Shown here: positions 1-14,500 of the stretch, piece after piece
Layout: every line of letters starts with the position of its first letter
Numbering within the stretch: the first letter of the stretch is position 1
Assembly (NCBI GenBank): GCA_002245135.1
Contig: NGBS01001214.1
Coordinates: 1-46,782 of the forward strand
Direction: 5' to 3'
DNA length: 46,782 nt
Source of the DNA: Proteromonas lacertae
Taxonomy: Eukaryota
The notes under the pieces: generated by a model
Told to the model about the DNA's origin: nothing
What the model saw: the letters and a program-made list of their open reading frames with translations, nothing else
The model's database searches: none
Translations under genes and position numbers: made by a program

Positions 1-752
1 GATGCTGCCGAATATCATATTAATTCTATTACTGTTTAACATTATTCAATTCAAAAATAGTATCAAATGCAGAAAATTATGACAAACAGTTTGAAATCGC
101 GAGAATATAAAAGAATACTATTTTCTTTCTTATGTTGTCACTTATTTCAATGTATTATTAAATAGGAAATCGGACTATATAAAGGTATAATATATTAATT
201 GTAAAGTTTCAACATATATGTCAAGAATATTACAAATACTATAAGTAGTTCCCTCAAGATGCTATTTCCTAATACACTATGCTGCAATGGGACAAGCATA
301 AAAATAATATTCGTTGATAATAAAACTAAATTAATTTTACACAGAAATCTATCATTCGAAAAGGAAGAACTACAAATAAGAATTATGGAAAGTAGATTTT
401 TCTTGTTGAATATTAAATAATTTATTTATTATTTATGTTGTTATTATTATAGTTAAAATAACACATGCTACAAATATTTATGAATGGGGTAGAATGAAAA
501 ATGAAATGAACAATATTTTCGCTTGTATTTAGTAGCTAAAAATTTTTATATCTTATTTTTTTCTATCAATAATTAAAGTAATTGTCACTATAAATAATAA
601 ATAATAAACACAAAATATAAATAATATATATAATTAAGTAATTAAAAGAATTATTTGTTAAAATTATTATCTATAAATAATAATACGTTATCAAAGTTAT
701 CTATCTTTTTTTAATAAATAAATAAGAGTGATAATAATTAACTGTCCATCAA

Positions 753-1605
753 ATGAAATATGTTCGCGCAATAGTAATGACATGTTTGGCTTATTGGTTA
801 TGGAAAAAATCCAAACTACCAACATCAGGGTTCTTGTATGTAATGTGGTACTTCATTTTCGACTACTATGAAATAATTCGTATGCTATCAGGTGGTAGAT
901 TACCTGCTATCACTGACTTGTATTATGGTAATTCAGAAAAAGTTAAGTCAATGTTACCTGAAGCAATTCAAAAATCATGGTTACCTGTAGACTTGTTGTA
1001 TAACTTTGGTGTTTCATTTATGTTCAATACTCATCCATATGTTCGATACTTATTTCATTAGTTCCATTCTTCTACAAATTTTCTAATATTGGAAATATAG
1101 ATGCAAAAAATGTAGGTGATACATTAAAAACAGCAGCAACTGTAGCTGCAGCTGCAAATGGAGGTGATACAACAACTGCAGCAGCAACAGTTAAAGGTAT
1201 CAGTGAATTATCAAAAGCTATGCCATCAATGGCAAAAACTGCTGTTGCAGCTGATCCAACAGGTACATTGCAAACTGTTGCAGGTATAGGAACAGTATTC
1301 AGTGCATTAACTGCTTTTTTTGGTTTGCTAGATGCAGGTGGTTATTGAATTGGTTAAAACCAACACCATATCAACACAAGAATGCAATCAAAATGGATAA
1401 CTACGTGAAACGTTCACAACAAACAATTCCAAGTTCACTCACTAATTTTGGTAGAGCAGTGAGTAATTTAGATCAAGCAAAACAACTCAGTGAAGCTATG
1501 AGTTACTTTGGAATAGGTAATGGAAATAATAAAAAAGTAAAGAAATTAATTTCACGTAGGAAGTTTTGTATAACAGTATCACTTCAGATGCTTATCGAAC
1601 TTTGA
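753..1605 (+). pseudogene. Degraded Polinton-like-virus-type ORF (hydrophobic N-terminus, Ala/Thr-rich middle, ends in FGIG plus basic tract)
   Basis: ORFs 753-1061 and 1345-1605 are linked by an Ala/Thr-rich coding-like stretch, broken by a TAG and frameshifts. It lies directly upstream of an adenain-like protease relic. Confidence 0.4.
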
Positions 1606-2074
1606 TATAGAGTTAATTGTGAAAAATGAGTTCAATAATTTCCATGGAAAGTTCATGGAGTGTTCTGCTGACGAACTTGTACTTCCTATACCTAAAAAGA
1701 AGAATCAATGGGAATCATAATCAATACACTCACTACAAGCTAGCCCTGATTCTATAGGTCATTGGGTGGCTTAGTAGTTGACAATATCAAGAAGCAATTC
1801 CTGTACTATGATTCATTTGGTGAAGATCCTCAACACTTGGAAGAATTTAAAAAAAATTTGAAAAAATTAAAGAAGTATCATAATGAAAAGTATGAACTTA
1901 AAATCAATGGAGTACAGAATCAAAATTCAAATACTGCCAACTGTGGTTTTTTTGCTATTAATTTTTTGAAAAATATTTTAAGAGATCAGTGTAGTTTCAA
2001 AAGGCTACTGACTATAATACAATAGTGGTGAAGCAAAAATTAGGTTAATGATAAAACAATTTGGATTAATATAA
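1585..2074 (+). pseudogene. Adenain-like (clan CE) cysteine protease, frameshifted paralog of 13848-14408
   Basis: Across frames: LSNFDIE, IGHWV, YYDSFGEDP, QNQ...NCGFFAINFL, ending QFGLI*. Colinear with the intact copy (LSNFDIE, IGHWV, YYDSFGDKP, KNQ...RCGYHAILFL, KFKTI*). Confidence 0.85.
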
Positions 2075-3726
2075 TATAATTATTACTTAATTATTATTTT
2101 TTTCTGTTTATGTGTGGTGAAATATTGTATGAGTTTCAATATATTCTATCATCTCTGTATCCATATGAGTACATTTGAAGAATATTGGCATCTTACCATT
2201 AAAGCGTCTTTGTGGCATTCTAATGATTACTATTTTCATTGTTGGTGTGTATGTTACTTTCGGATAATCTCTATCTCCTAAGTCACAAGGACCTACAAAC
2301 ACTAATATCAAACGTTGACTCATGATCATGTTAATCATTTTGTGTGTTAACTCAAAATACCATTGATATATAGGTTTACGATGATAAAAAAATATAAGGA
2401 ATTGTAGGCTATACAAATCCAAGTATATGTCTGGACCACTTAAATGATATTTTTTATTACCTTGGATTCAAGTTCTGGTAATTTATATTCAATCTGTGGT
2501 GGTAGTATAAGCATATATAAAAATAATATATATATGTATAAAAAAATATTAAAAAAAAAAAATAAAAAAATAAATAAGGAATCGAACCACTAATGCCAGC
2601 TGCATGACTCTTTTTCCTCGCACAGTCTATCAGATCCCAATTAAATAAAAAAAGGGCATTTAGATATACCGTGCCAGGATGATTCAAGCCGAATTTCAAT
2701 GGCACAATATTAAACAACACATCCAAGTAGAATTATTAAACTTCCATAAATTCCTTGTGAAATTAATTTAATAAATGAATAATTATAAATTAGAAACGCA
2801 GCCCTCATCGTAGTTAGTCTAACCAATGCCCAATAATAAAAAACAACATATACAATATATAGCATAATAAAAATTTATTCGTTACAATATTGATTTGTCT
2901 CCCTTTCTTTCTCTTGGGTCTCTCCAGTATTTTTCTAAACCATGTGGTTGGCATCATCTTTTCTCACTAATTGCAACTCATAGTGTTTGAATCGAATTAA
3001 TGAAAAACCTTGAATGTCATTCCCATTGATATCACCTAAATTGTATGAATATCAATTTTTCTTGATTATCTTATATACATTGACTGGTATGATATTATCA
3101 ACTACAGATGTATGAGATGTTTCATAATTTATTAATCTTAATATTATCATAAACAATTCTTCACTTTGTTGACTATTTCTATTTTCATTACATATTAATA
3201 TATATTTATACTTTCCATCACATTTGATATACATATCCATCTCATTTCTCTCAGGATAAGATATTTTGATTATTCTATTACCTTCTTTATCTTCATCACT
3301 TGTAATTGAACAATCTATTATAATAATTTCATATATATACGAGTTAATAACATCTTTCTTATTGCTATTCTTTGAGTATAACCACCATTTTTGTTTTTAT
3401 ATTATTTGCTGAAAGTGTGGTTGATGTTGCAACATAATATCAGCTATTGTATATATTGCCTACATTGAAATAATAGTGTTGTTATGAATCAGGGTTTTCG
3501 TTGAGAAGATCCTGTAAATGAGTTAATAGAAATTCTGAATACTTATAGACTAACATATAGTACGATGTTTATACAGTCTGAATGTTACACACAAATAATC
3601 CTGTTATGACATACAATACCGGATAATGCCAACATCTATGAATATCTGTTGAATGTATCAGGGAACCAAACACTGTAGTTATATATAAGATTGTTTATGA
3701 AATGATAAAATGTTTGACTTGCGTTT

Positions 3727-3804
3727 AAATAGGAAAAGTACTTAACTCAGATCTAGCAAATAATTTAATATGCTAGATCTGAGTCTAGTATACTTTTCTT
3801 ATTT
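3727..3804. repeat. Inverted repeat (hairpin)
   Basis: Perfect 14-bp arms ACTCAGATCTAGCA (3745-3758) and TGCTAGATCTGAGT (3771-3784), extending imperfectly outward. Confidence 0.85.
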
Positions 3805-5229
3805 GCAAAATAGATTTTTTTTTTCTCTTTTTATGAACTTTATAGAAGAAATTTGTTCTATTATACCATGCCATAGGAAAAAACTATGGTATAATAAGAA
3901 TAGCGTTTTAATAAAACAAGAAGATTTAGAAATTGATAATATAAGATATCAATCAGTAGTTAGTTATTCAAAGGAAGAATGTATTAATAATATTATTCAA
4001 AATTATAGCAATTTGAATATAGATATATATTTTTTTACTTCTAATATATTCCTAATTATTACTCTATTAAGATATAACATATTTATTATATATAATAATT
4101 CAATAATATCCACATCAGTAATAAATATTATATTCAAAAGGAATTTTTAATTTAAATATACACATTATGGAATATAGATAAACCTACACATTATGAGGAC
4201 TTCTTATTTTTAGTGAATGTATTTACATCATCTACATTATATCACAGCAATACTTTTAATTACTTAATTCATACTTTTAATAGAATTAAAAGGAAATGTA
4301 AAAATTTTAAATTGAATGTTAAATATGTTATAAAAATTGTTTCAAGAATTAATAACATCAGATGATATAATCATCAATACTCATGATAAAATCATTACTA
4401 ATGAGTATATGAAAATACTATATATCCTAATTTATTTCTTATTGATGAACCAATAACTATAGATAAAATAACAATAATTAATACCATCAACTCTAATACA
4501 ATTACAAATATAAAACCTATTAAATATAAATCTAATAATTATACTATCCTACAAAGGGTAAACCCCTTTATATTTAACAATTCTCCTCCAAAAATAAATG
4601 ACAGAAGATTGCTAAGAATTGTTAACAATTACCTGTTTATTGATTTTCCTTTCTATCGTAATAAAGTTCTAGTTACTAAAGTTATGTCACGTACCTATAC
4701 CTATTATAAAAGAAAAGTAAATAATAATACTGAAGATATACTACAATTTAATAAGATAAAGAAAACATTAGAATCTTTTGATACAAATAATAATAAATAT
4801 ATAATATTTTATAATCACAATGAAAACTACATATCAATAGATAATATCAACATTAATAACTATAAAAAGTGCAACAGAATAAATTTCTTACAAGCAAAAC
4901 ACACTATTATAAATACTAATAGTAGCGATGAAGATGAAGACCAAACTATTGACATAAGTAGCAATACTAATGTTGAATTAGAGTATGACGATGATGATAT
5001 TAATGATGAATATTCATTGCAGAACGATAAAAATAATAATACTATCAATAATAATAATAATATAAATACTAATAATATTGAAGTTGATAACTCTACTAAC
5101 TTTATTGAATCTGAATTTGATTATATTTATGGTGAAGACGGTGAAGATGAAGATGATAATGAAGATGATGGTGATGAAGATATAAACACACAAACTAGAT
5201 GTGAAGGTAATAAAATAATAATTCAGTTA

Positions 5230-7035
5230 GTAATGGTGATGCAAACGATTTCATGATCTATTTGTTTGAATTCTTTTTGGAAAATGGAATATCTCAAAGT
5301 AAAGCTTCTAATCTACTGAAGAAAATAAATACCATCCAATCTATTAAAAATATGCATATTAAAAATTCGTTTAAGTCATTAAGAAAATGTCAATAAATTG
5401 ATTAACTATTCTCCACCAATTGATGATTATAATTCTATAAAAACTAGTATAACAAATATATTAGATAAGAATATAGACAATATAGAATGTAATATTGATA
5501 AATACATACTATCTTCAAATAATTACCAATATTTATATAACCTAGATCCACACAAAAACTTCAAACACATTGTTATCCAAATATCATATGATGGTGTTTG
5601 TATTTCTCCATTTTCTTCAAATTCAAAAACTTAAACATATTATCTTTCAAGTTAATGAACTTGAAAAATAATAATAGATTAGTCCACAACATTAGTGTAA
5701 TTAAAAACATGATAATATCGATAATCTATCAAAGAAAGTGGTTAATGAATTGAAAGAATTATTCTATAAAGGTATAAAAATAAATTCTAATAAATATAAT
5801 GTATATACAATATCATACGTAACGGATATGCCAGGTGGCATTGAGTTCTTTCATCTTCATAACTATATAAAAGCGGATATATGTAGAACTTGTAATGCAA
5901 TTGCTAGAAATATTAATGGTATAAAAGTTAAACACTCCATGCGAGGAATGGATTTAAATAAATATAAAGATATATATAATAATATATATAAATATACTGA
6001 AGATCAACAGTGGACTACTTATACAACAAGCAGTTACAAAACAATTTTTGATTCAATCCGGATATCAACTTTCTCCATTCTTCAATCTTCCTTTCTTTAA
6101 TGTTCAGCAGATTACCTTTGATTCATTGCATACACTAAAAAACAGTTTGTTTCCTTTCATGGTTGATATAATGAATGCAGAAATACCTAGTAATGTAGTG
6201 AATATAAACGATTTCGGATTTATTTATTCACCTTCTTCATCCACCTATAAGTATATAGACCTATATAAAATAAACAATTACACCATCATTCAACAAAATT
6301 ACTATTTAACCAACCTATTTCCATTAATTTTGATGAAATTTTCCAGACCACTGTATAACGCAATTTTTAATGTTATTGAATGTGTTAATTGTTTTATTAA
6401 ACTTTGAATACTGTGAAGAATCTATAGATAATATATATAATAAACTATTATACAATTTAATAATACTTGAATGCAACTACAATTATACCCCTTCCATGCA
6501 TACGTTAATACATCTTCCTTTATATCTAAGAAATATTGGCAACTTGAAATTTCACAGCACCTCCATCTTTGAGCGATCGTATAAAACTGTTAGAAAGATT
6601 ACATTTTCCAATAACCACATAGATAAATCAATATTAAACACATTATCATATATTAACCAGTTATATGTACTAACCTACAATAAAGATAATAACAAAAACA
6701 AATATAAAATAGTTACAAGTAATTTAGATACAATTCAAAACATATTCCAATGTTATACCATCAAATCTATCCATCAATACTTCATAGTTAGCTATAAAAA
6801 TGAAGATAATAGAATGGTATTTGGTATTATAAGAGAGATAAATAATAATATATTAACCATTCATCAGATTAAAGTAGATGAAATAAACTTAAAAATATAT
6901 AAAATAAGAGAAATAAATAATATAAATATAAATATAAATATAGATCATATAATTATATTCAATAATATATACAGAATGGATAAAGACAAATATTATTTCT
7001 TCATCAGCGACTTCCAAGAATACAGCAGCCTTTAA
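5230..7035 (+). pseudogene. CACTA/EnSpm (CMC superfamily)-like transposase relic
   Basis: Consecutive frameshifted ORFs carry ISYDG, VNELKELFYKGI, YVTDMPG, CRTC, FDSLHT, TPSMHTLIHLP and STSIFER in the order typical of CMC/Tnp2 transposases. TIRs were not found. Confidence 0.7.
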
Positions 7036-8425
7036 TTTCATATTTGAAGTATAATTAGATAGTTTTGGGGGTTTTCCTATTCAAAATAAGCTTGATTTGT
7101 GTTTCATTCTTTCTGAAGATTAATTTTGGATGGCATTGGGTATTTTCTTAGCCTTTCTACTACTATCTAATATAAACTAATATATTAATTATAAGTCTTT
7201 CATATTTAGATATCATGTCTAGGATATGAACTCAGCGATGGTAAAATTGAATATATTCTCCCCACAACAATGGTATTTGGATGTTTAGGAAAAATTTCAG
7301 TTATAACAACATAAACAGTTTTGGATTGTCATATCTTATAGAATCTACAGTACTTGTATATAAAAAGCATATACCTATATGAATATAATATTATAATATA
7401 CAAATAGCAATGAATATGATAGTTATCATGCATTCTTCTAAGACGATTCATAACAAATGCTAATACAAATAATAAAAATAAATTCGTTACTAAAAAAGAT
7501 GACATATACAGTTAATACGACGTATTTTTTGTATTATTTTATGTTTTTATTTTATACTTTTTTGAGTAAAATATACAGTAATGATATGAAGACTCAGTAT
7601 AAACATATAATTCATTATGTAATTAATGATTACAGAGATAAGGCATTTAAAATAGAATGGCTTTTCTTTTTAGCATTTTCAATTACACACTAAATATGTA
7701 ATTTAAAAATCAAATATAGGATAAATATGCGCAATATATTAAATTAAATCAATGTGAAGCATAGATACATACTTTCTTAACACATTAGTGATAAAAGCAA
7801 TAAATTATATAGGAGCGATTGATATGAATTAAAGATACAGTAGCAGACGCTTTTGTAATTAAATATACTAACCTTATACTGATCTAAAATGATTCTTAAT
7901 TAATATGTGTTATTCTATCGAAATGTATTTCAAATTTGTTATTATGATTAAAAATGTTCTAATCATTGTAAATACATACATAATATGTATAATAGTAGAA
8001 TCAAAAATGGGTTTGGCTTGGCCATCCCATTCTCTTTTTATACTATACATATGTATTGTCTTTATTTTTTTGTACTATTTACAAGCTTGACTTGATAGAG
8101 TTTTTATAAAATAAAAGAAAACTATCAATAATTCAGCCAAAAAAAAAATATAACCAAAAATAATAAAAAAAAACTAAACTAGCTGTTGTATTTTTTTTAA
8201 TTTTTATTTCTCACTTTTTGAAATGTCTCTTTATCTATTGATTTTTATATCATAAATCTATTGCTACCTTATAGGTAATTAACAAAATTTGAATTTTAGA
8301 CTGATCAAATAACTTTTTTATAATTAAAAATCGAAAAAACAAAAATCGAACGATTTCAATAAAAATAGTCGTTTTGTCTGAATTTTCATTCCCTTTATTT
8401 AGATCTTTCTCGCTAATTAGAGCAA

Positions 8426-9595
8426 ATGAGATCCCCAAAACAACCATGTAAAGTCACTGTCAAAAAAACTCCTGTTACAGAGTCTGAAAAAGAGAAAATT
8501 AGAGCTGTGGTAAATCAATCTTGTAGTATTGGAGAAATTGCCTTAAAAATGGCAAGAACCAAGAGTACTATTTGGAAGTACTTACAAATTATGGGGTTGA
8601 AGACGTCCAAAGCCAAATCAAGTATTTCACCACCTAAGGTTAGAAGAGGGAGAAAGCCAATTATTTTGAACTCTATCATTAGTGGGCAAGCTGTTAGAGA
8701 TTATATCTTGAGAAGTCAAGTTAATGGCATTACAATTCAATCTGCCAAAACACTCAGAAATGTGTTGGTGAAGAACAGCTTAATCCCCTCAACAGTATCA
8801 TTAAGTACAATTCGTCGTTATTGTAAATCATGGAAGATCTTTTTTGGAAATAGTGGAGTTTGTCCAGGCTTGACCCAAAAGAACGTTGAAGAAAGATTAA
8901 TGACAGTATCTCAAAACATATTCTTGGATTATAAGACGATTATGTTCTCAGATGAGTCGATGATTAGACTTAGAAATGTTAAAAGTGTTGGATGGAGTAT
9001 CTCTGGAAAACCTATTATTAGGAAGCAAAGGATCAAAGGAAACGCAGGCGTTATGGTCTGGGGTGCCTTTTCAGAGTATGGATTCACTGATCTGATGGTT
9101 ATGCAGAAGTCATTTGAACCCAAAGATGGTGTAAGTAAGGGAATAAATTCAGTTAGATATTGTCGATTTTTAAAGAAAACTTTACCGCCTCTAATTCAAC
9201 AGCATCCATTGGTAAACCATCAGAGACAATGTTATTTCTTACAAGACAATGCCAGCATACATAAAAGTAGGTATACCACAGAATATCTTCAAAGGAACGG
9301 TTGGAAACCTATCAGACATCCACCGTTTTCTCCAGACTTAAATCCTATTGAAAAGGTCTGGGCGACTCTAAAACACAAGATTAGTGAAGATGAAAACAAT
9401 TTCAAAGACTTAGATAGCCTAGAAGAAGCTGCAAAAAGAATTTGGAATGAAATAATGTCAAGCCAAGCCACCAGACATAAATATGCTTTTAGATATCGTG
9501 AAGCATGTATGGCATGTCTTTACAAACAGGGTGACTTCGTTCTAGACAATGACATTAAACGAATTAGAAAGATAACAAACATCCCAGAAGAGTAA
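8426..9595 (+). CDS. Tc1/mariner DD34E transposase, apparently intact (389 aa)
   Basis: N-terminal HTH region, FSDES, VMVWG, FLQDNASIH, SPDLNPIEKVW. 34 residues separate the second D and the E. Confidence 0.95.
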   Translation: MRSPKQPCKVTVKKTPVTESEKEKIRAVVNQSCSIGEIALKMARTKSTIWKYLQIMGLKTSKAKSSISPPKVRRGRKPIILNSIISGQAVRDYILRSQVNGITIQSAKTLRNVLVKNSLIPSTVSLSTIRRYCKSWKIFFGNSGVCPGLTQKNVEERLMTVSQNIFLDYKTIMFSDESMIRLRNVKSVGWSISGKPIIRKQRIKGNAGVMVWGAFSEYGFTDLMVMQKSFEPKDGVSKGINSVRYCRFLKKTLPPLIQQHPLVNHQRQCYFLQDNASIHKSRYTTEYLQRNGWKPIRHPPFSPDLNPIEKVWATLKHKISEDENNFKDLDSLEEAAKRIWNEIMSSQATRHKYAFRYREACMACLYKQGDFVLDNDIKRIRKITNIPEE

Positions 9596-10217
9596 TTAGC
9601 CTAAAAGAAGGTTTTATACAATTTTATACAATTGTCCGAATTAAAAAAATATTTTGTAGGGGTTTTTCATTTGATTTTATGTTGGCCAAAATTAATACAT
9701 ATAATATAGTAGCCATTTAAAATATTAACTCAAAAGTATTTCAACTAGTTAGCGTTTAAAATACTTCGAACGATTTGGAATTTAGGCTCGAGCTTGACTT
9801 AATTTATTTTGTTAAATAGAAAGAGATATGGAATTTTATATTTTCAAAAATATATATTATGATGTATTTATTTATGATATATTAGAAAAATCAAATAAAA
9901 AACAAAAGAAAGTTAAAAAAAAATGAATCGAACGTTCGAGCCAAATCGAACGATATTTTTGAAACTACTATTATAACAAATGATTTCAAAATTCATTATA
10001 ATTAGATTTTTTAGATAACTAGCTTAATATAAACTACAACATAATATCAATAGTTGTGTGAAATATTAGTTGTTAATTCAAACTCGAAGATAATAAAAAA
10101 TCAAAAAGAAAAAGGTGTTAAAATCAAAAAGTTTCAAGCCTGTTTGAGTGAAGTATATAAGTCCTATTTAAATTCGAGTCAAACATTCTTATCGTGTTAA
10201 AAATAGCAAGAAATTTA

Positions 10218-11172
10218 TTAATACAAAATAATCTCAAAATAAATAGGTAAGTTATTTAAATCAATTGCATAACCATCTTGTTGAGAGACTGATATATTCA
10301 TTCGTTGATATTCGTGATATTGCATCTTTTTAGCTGTCCATTCATTCGTTTATATCAGTTACAGGTATATTTGCTAAAACCATTGAATTCTCACCACTAT
10401 TAACCCAGTCACATCTAATTTGTATGAATGACACCCATAGTAAAGATGGCTGATTTGGTAACAAATTAGAATAATAATTAAAATCTTTACTGAAATATGC
10501 ATCACTTAAATGATTTGCATGATAAATTGATATACTTTTATTTGTTTCATCTAAACCAAATAACTTATATACTAAGTTAGGGAATTCTATAGTAAAGTCT
10601 GTAAAGTAATATTTTCCGAAATGAGTAATATATTTAAATTGTAACTTTAATCTATTTTCTGAAGTATTATCAAATTGAAGTACATCTGTTTGATCATCTA
10701 CTTTACGAAATGGAAATCTATTTGCAAAATCTTCATCAGGTAATGGTACTACTCCATTATCAAATGCATAAAAAGTAAAATCTAAGAGATTTCTAGCAAA
10801 AAAATCTAATAATTCTTTTCTTGTATATTTTCTTTGAGGTATTTTAATATCAATAGTTTTATTATAAGGTCCATTTTGGTTTTCAGGGTATGTTCATTTT
10901 ATTGGATTTGTTTCATCTGGATTAATACATTCATAATAAGTAAAATTAAAGAGTATATGATCATTTACTTCATCTTGTACTGTATAAAAACTATTTGGAA
11001 TAACTGCAGTAATTAAACTCATATATTGATATTTTTCAGTGATGGTAGGAGTATTAACACATCTTGTCCATCTATCAGAATATTTTGGATCAAAGTCTGA
11101 TGTAGTTAAAAACAATGATCTTCTATTGATTAAAACATTACTACCATCTTTTGTTTTATAATTGTTGAGAAA
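10218..11172 (-). pseudogene. Minor capsid (penton-like, single jelly-roll) protein of a Polinton-like virus/virophage
   Basis: Manual translation through the TGA at 10894-10896 and a frameshift near 10340 gives SLITAVIPNSFYTV...IKIPQRKY...KLFG...IQIRCDWV...VLANIPV...ISVSQQDGYAIDLNNLPIYFEIILY*. This matches the usual PLV/virophage penton pattern. No clear ATG. Confidence 0.65.
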
Positions 11173-11226
11173 TATTAAAATATAATTTTATTTGAATTAT
11201 ACTTTAATTTATATATTGTTATATAT

Positions 11227-13855
11227 ATGCAACCACAACCTCAAGTTAACTATTCAAATGAAGAAGATGAACCAACAGATGATGATTATGAATATGAAGA
11301 AGATGAAGATAATGTACCTATTGATATGAACAGAATAAGACATAGAAGAAGACATAGAAGGAATCAAGTCATACCATTTCAAGATATAAGCGAAGATGAT
11401 TTGAATAACTATGTGAATCAAGAAGTGAAAAGATTTAACAAAGCACTGATTATGCAATATAGACTAATTCCTATAGGATGGCCAAATCATGAGTTTAATA
11501 GAATATATAATTTATATGATGAACATATGAAAATGTTTAATTGGTGTAAGAATTTATTTGTAACAGGTCCTTTTGCACATGGTAAACCATTAGAAACTTA
11601 TAATCCAAAATTAGCAGGAAATGAAAATTCTGCTAATGCAAGAGAATGTGGAATTTTTAAAACTCGTATAGCAGATGGTATTGATAAATTGTGTATGGCA
11701 TCTGATTTTATATTACAAAGAAATCCATTTGTTGTTTTACACCCAAAAGAGAGAATAGGTGTTACACAACTAGAAAATAGAAGAATTAAAAAAACTCATT
11801 ATGAAATTGATGAAAGGCATCCAGAACCAGAAAATGATTTTAACATAATGAATAATGAACATTATAATAGTGCAGCTGAAATAAGAGCAGAAAATATTAT
11901 GCAAAATAGACATGATAATATGGTAAGAGGAGTATTAGTAAATGCAGACAATGGAAGTAATGATAATAACAATAATAACAACAATGGAAATAACAACAAT
12001 GATAATAATGAAAATAATAACAACAATGCAAATTATGATATAATTAGCTTTTGTGATTCTCTGAAAGACAAATTAAAGTTCTATATAGGTCGTTTAATGA
12101 GAACTAAATTTTGGTATTTAACAAATCAAAAAGAAGAAACAGCTTATTCAATTGCGTTAATCATGAACAACTGATAAGTTAAGTGGTAATTATCAAAATG
12201 ATAATGAATATACTTTACCATATCATCCTGATAGAAGAAATTTTATGGGATTACCAGATGGTGATAATAGAACTGGATATAGATATAACTATTTAGCAAC
12301 TATACAAAAAATTTTATCAGAAGCTCATGTACCACAAGGACAAATCAATACAAATATATTTGCTAATTCTATAACTTTTAGAATGAATAGAGCTTTAGAT
12401 ACACAACTTAACCGTCAAATTAAACATAGAAGATCAGTTCCAGCTTATGTTGGAATGAATGTTGCAGATCATAGAAATTGGCGATATGTTGCACCAGCTA
12501 ATTATCCTCCTGCTCATCCATCAATTACTGCAGATTTGATTGATAGAAATGTCAATGCATTTTATAATGCATCACCTGCAAATAGTGATAGTGAAGATAA
12601 TGATAATAATCCATCAAGTAGTGATACTGAAGAAGATTCAGACACTTATGATCTTGGTGATATGAGTAATCAAATACCACCTCCTCCTTTGCCACCAAGA
12701 CCTATACCAGCAAGAACTGATCAACAACAACCACCTCCACCTCCTCCTGTATTAAATGTATCTAGAACTAATGTAATTAGTTTAAGTAATCAATTAAATC
12801 CTCATCATCTTATACCATCTGATAGATTTTCATTTTTAGTACCAGATGATTTGCTTAATGCTATACCAAATCCAAATAGAGACTTTAATAAATCTCATAG
12901 ATATTTAGCTAATTGAGAAAATGGTGCAAAAATAGGTGTAACTAAGATAATACAAGAGTTTTATACACAATTGTTAACAAATAATAGTAAAATCTATTCA
13001 ATTGATGCATTTATACATAATCATAATCCGCCTTGTACAATTGTAGATGAAAATTCAAGTAAGAGTTATATATTCTTTACTGATTGGGTTAGAGAAGAAA
13101 ACATCAATTTACCTTTATTACCTAGATCTAAATATAATGCAACTGAAGTAAATGATATACCTCAAAATTACAGTAGTATCAATATGATGTTTTATGGATA
13201 TAATTACAATAGAAATATATATTCATATACTGGTTTATTAGAATATTGGTTAAAGAATCATAGAGGAACACCATTTAATGAAAGACAAGCTAAGCAGGAC
13301 ATATACATATATAATCCATGTATCAATATTCTATCAGATGATGAAGAGGAAAATAAAAACATAAAAGTATTAATAGGTATGAAGTATGATAAAAATTGAC
13401 CTAACGATAAAAAAATCAAATGTAAACAAATAAAAGTAATAGTATCTCAAGAAAGTGATAGAGCATGGTATGTAATAAGTGATCGAATGTTTGATTATAT
13501 GTCATGCGATATACCAGGTGATGGAATTCACAAATTCTATAGCTATCCATTCTTTGTTAAGATAGGAGATACAGTAGAATTAATAGTACCAGTATCTTTG
13601 AAAGATAATATTTATGTATTAAAAGATGCTAGATTAGATGATAAAGATGAAAATAATTATTTAAAAATTGATGATTATATGAGAAATGCAAATCGAGATA
13701 GTATTAATCAAAGAGCTATTGATGATAGAGAAACAGCTAAGCGTAGAATACAAGGTTTAGGTAAAAAGCGTAGAAGAAAAACACAATCATTAATGAAATT
13801 GTATACTAAATTGTTTACACACAATAATAAAAGAAAAAGAATAAAAATTATATAG
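11227..13855 (+). pseudogene. Large virus-associated hypothetical protein, split by one frameshift and two in-frame TGA stops
   Basis: ORFs 12245-12916, 12971-13399 and 13487-13855 share a frame and are separated only by single TGA codons. 11227-12174 joins by frameshift. The C-terminus contains IQGLGKKRRRK. Confidence 0.6.
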
Positions 13856-14408
13856 TTTTAAATTTTGATTCTAACATTTTAGCTCTTTTTTCTCCTTTTA
13901 ATGAATTAAAATTTGTTGCTTGCACAAATGATTTGTTATTTACTATGATATCAACTAAAAACAAAATTGCATGATAACCACATCTTACACTATCAACTCT
14001 TTGATTTTTCACTCTGTTTATTTTTATCTTATATTCATCATTAGGATATTTTTTTAATTTTGTTAAATCTTTATAAAACTTTGTTATTTGCTTTGGTTTA
14101 TCTCCAAAACTATCATAGTACATTATCCTTCTAGTATTATTGTTAACACATAAACTAACCCAATGACCTATTTTACTTACAGGATCTTTAGTTGTATTAG
14201 TACAAAGTATTACACACCAAACATCATTATTTTTATATAGCTGACCTATTTTGCTAAGTTCATCCCATAGTATAACACCTTTAAAATATTTTAGTAGTCT
14301 AGGAAACATTTTTTTAATAATCTTTTCAATATCAAAATTTGAGAGTGCATCTTCTTTATGTAAATCACCTGTACCTATATAGTCATTTGTGATATATCTT
14401 TTAAACAT
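13848..14408 (-). CDS. Adenain-like maturation cysteine protease (Polinton/PLV type), intact
   Basis: Catalytic H (GHWV), D (YYDSFG), oxyanion Q (KNQ) and C (RCG) in clan CE order, 186 aa. Confidence 0.9.
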   Translation of the reverse strand: MFKRYITNDYIGTGDLHKEDALSNFDIEKIIKKMFPRLLKYFKGVILWDELSKIGQLYKNNDVWCVILCTNTTKDPVSKIGHWVSLCVNNNTRRIMYYDSFGDKPKQITKFYKDLTKLKKYPNDEYKIKINRVKNQRVDSVRCGYHAILFLVDIIVNNKSFVQATNFNSLKGEKRAKMLESKFKTI

Positions 14409-14500
14409 TATATAATTAATAACTATAAGAATTTATTGAATATCAATTCATTTGATAAATTCTTAACGTTTTTTTATATATTTTTTATGTTATTTAATTA

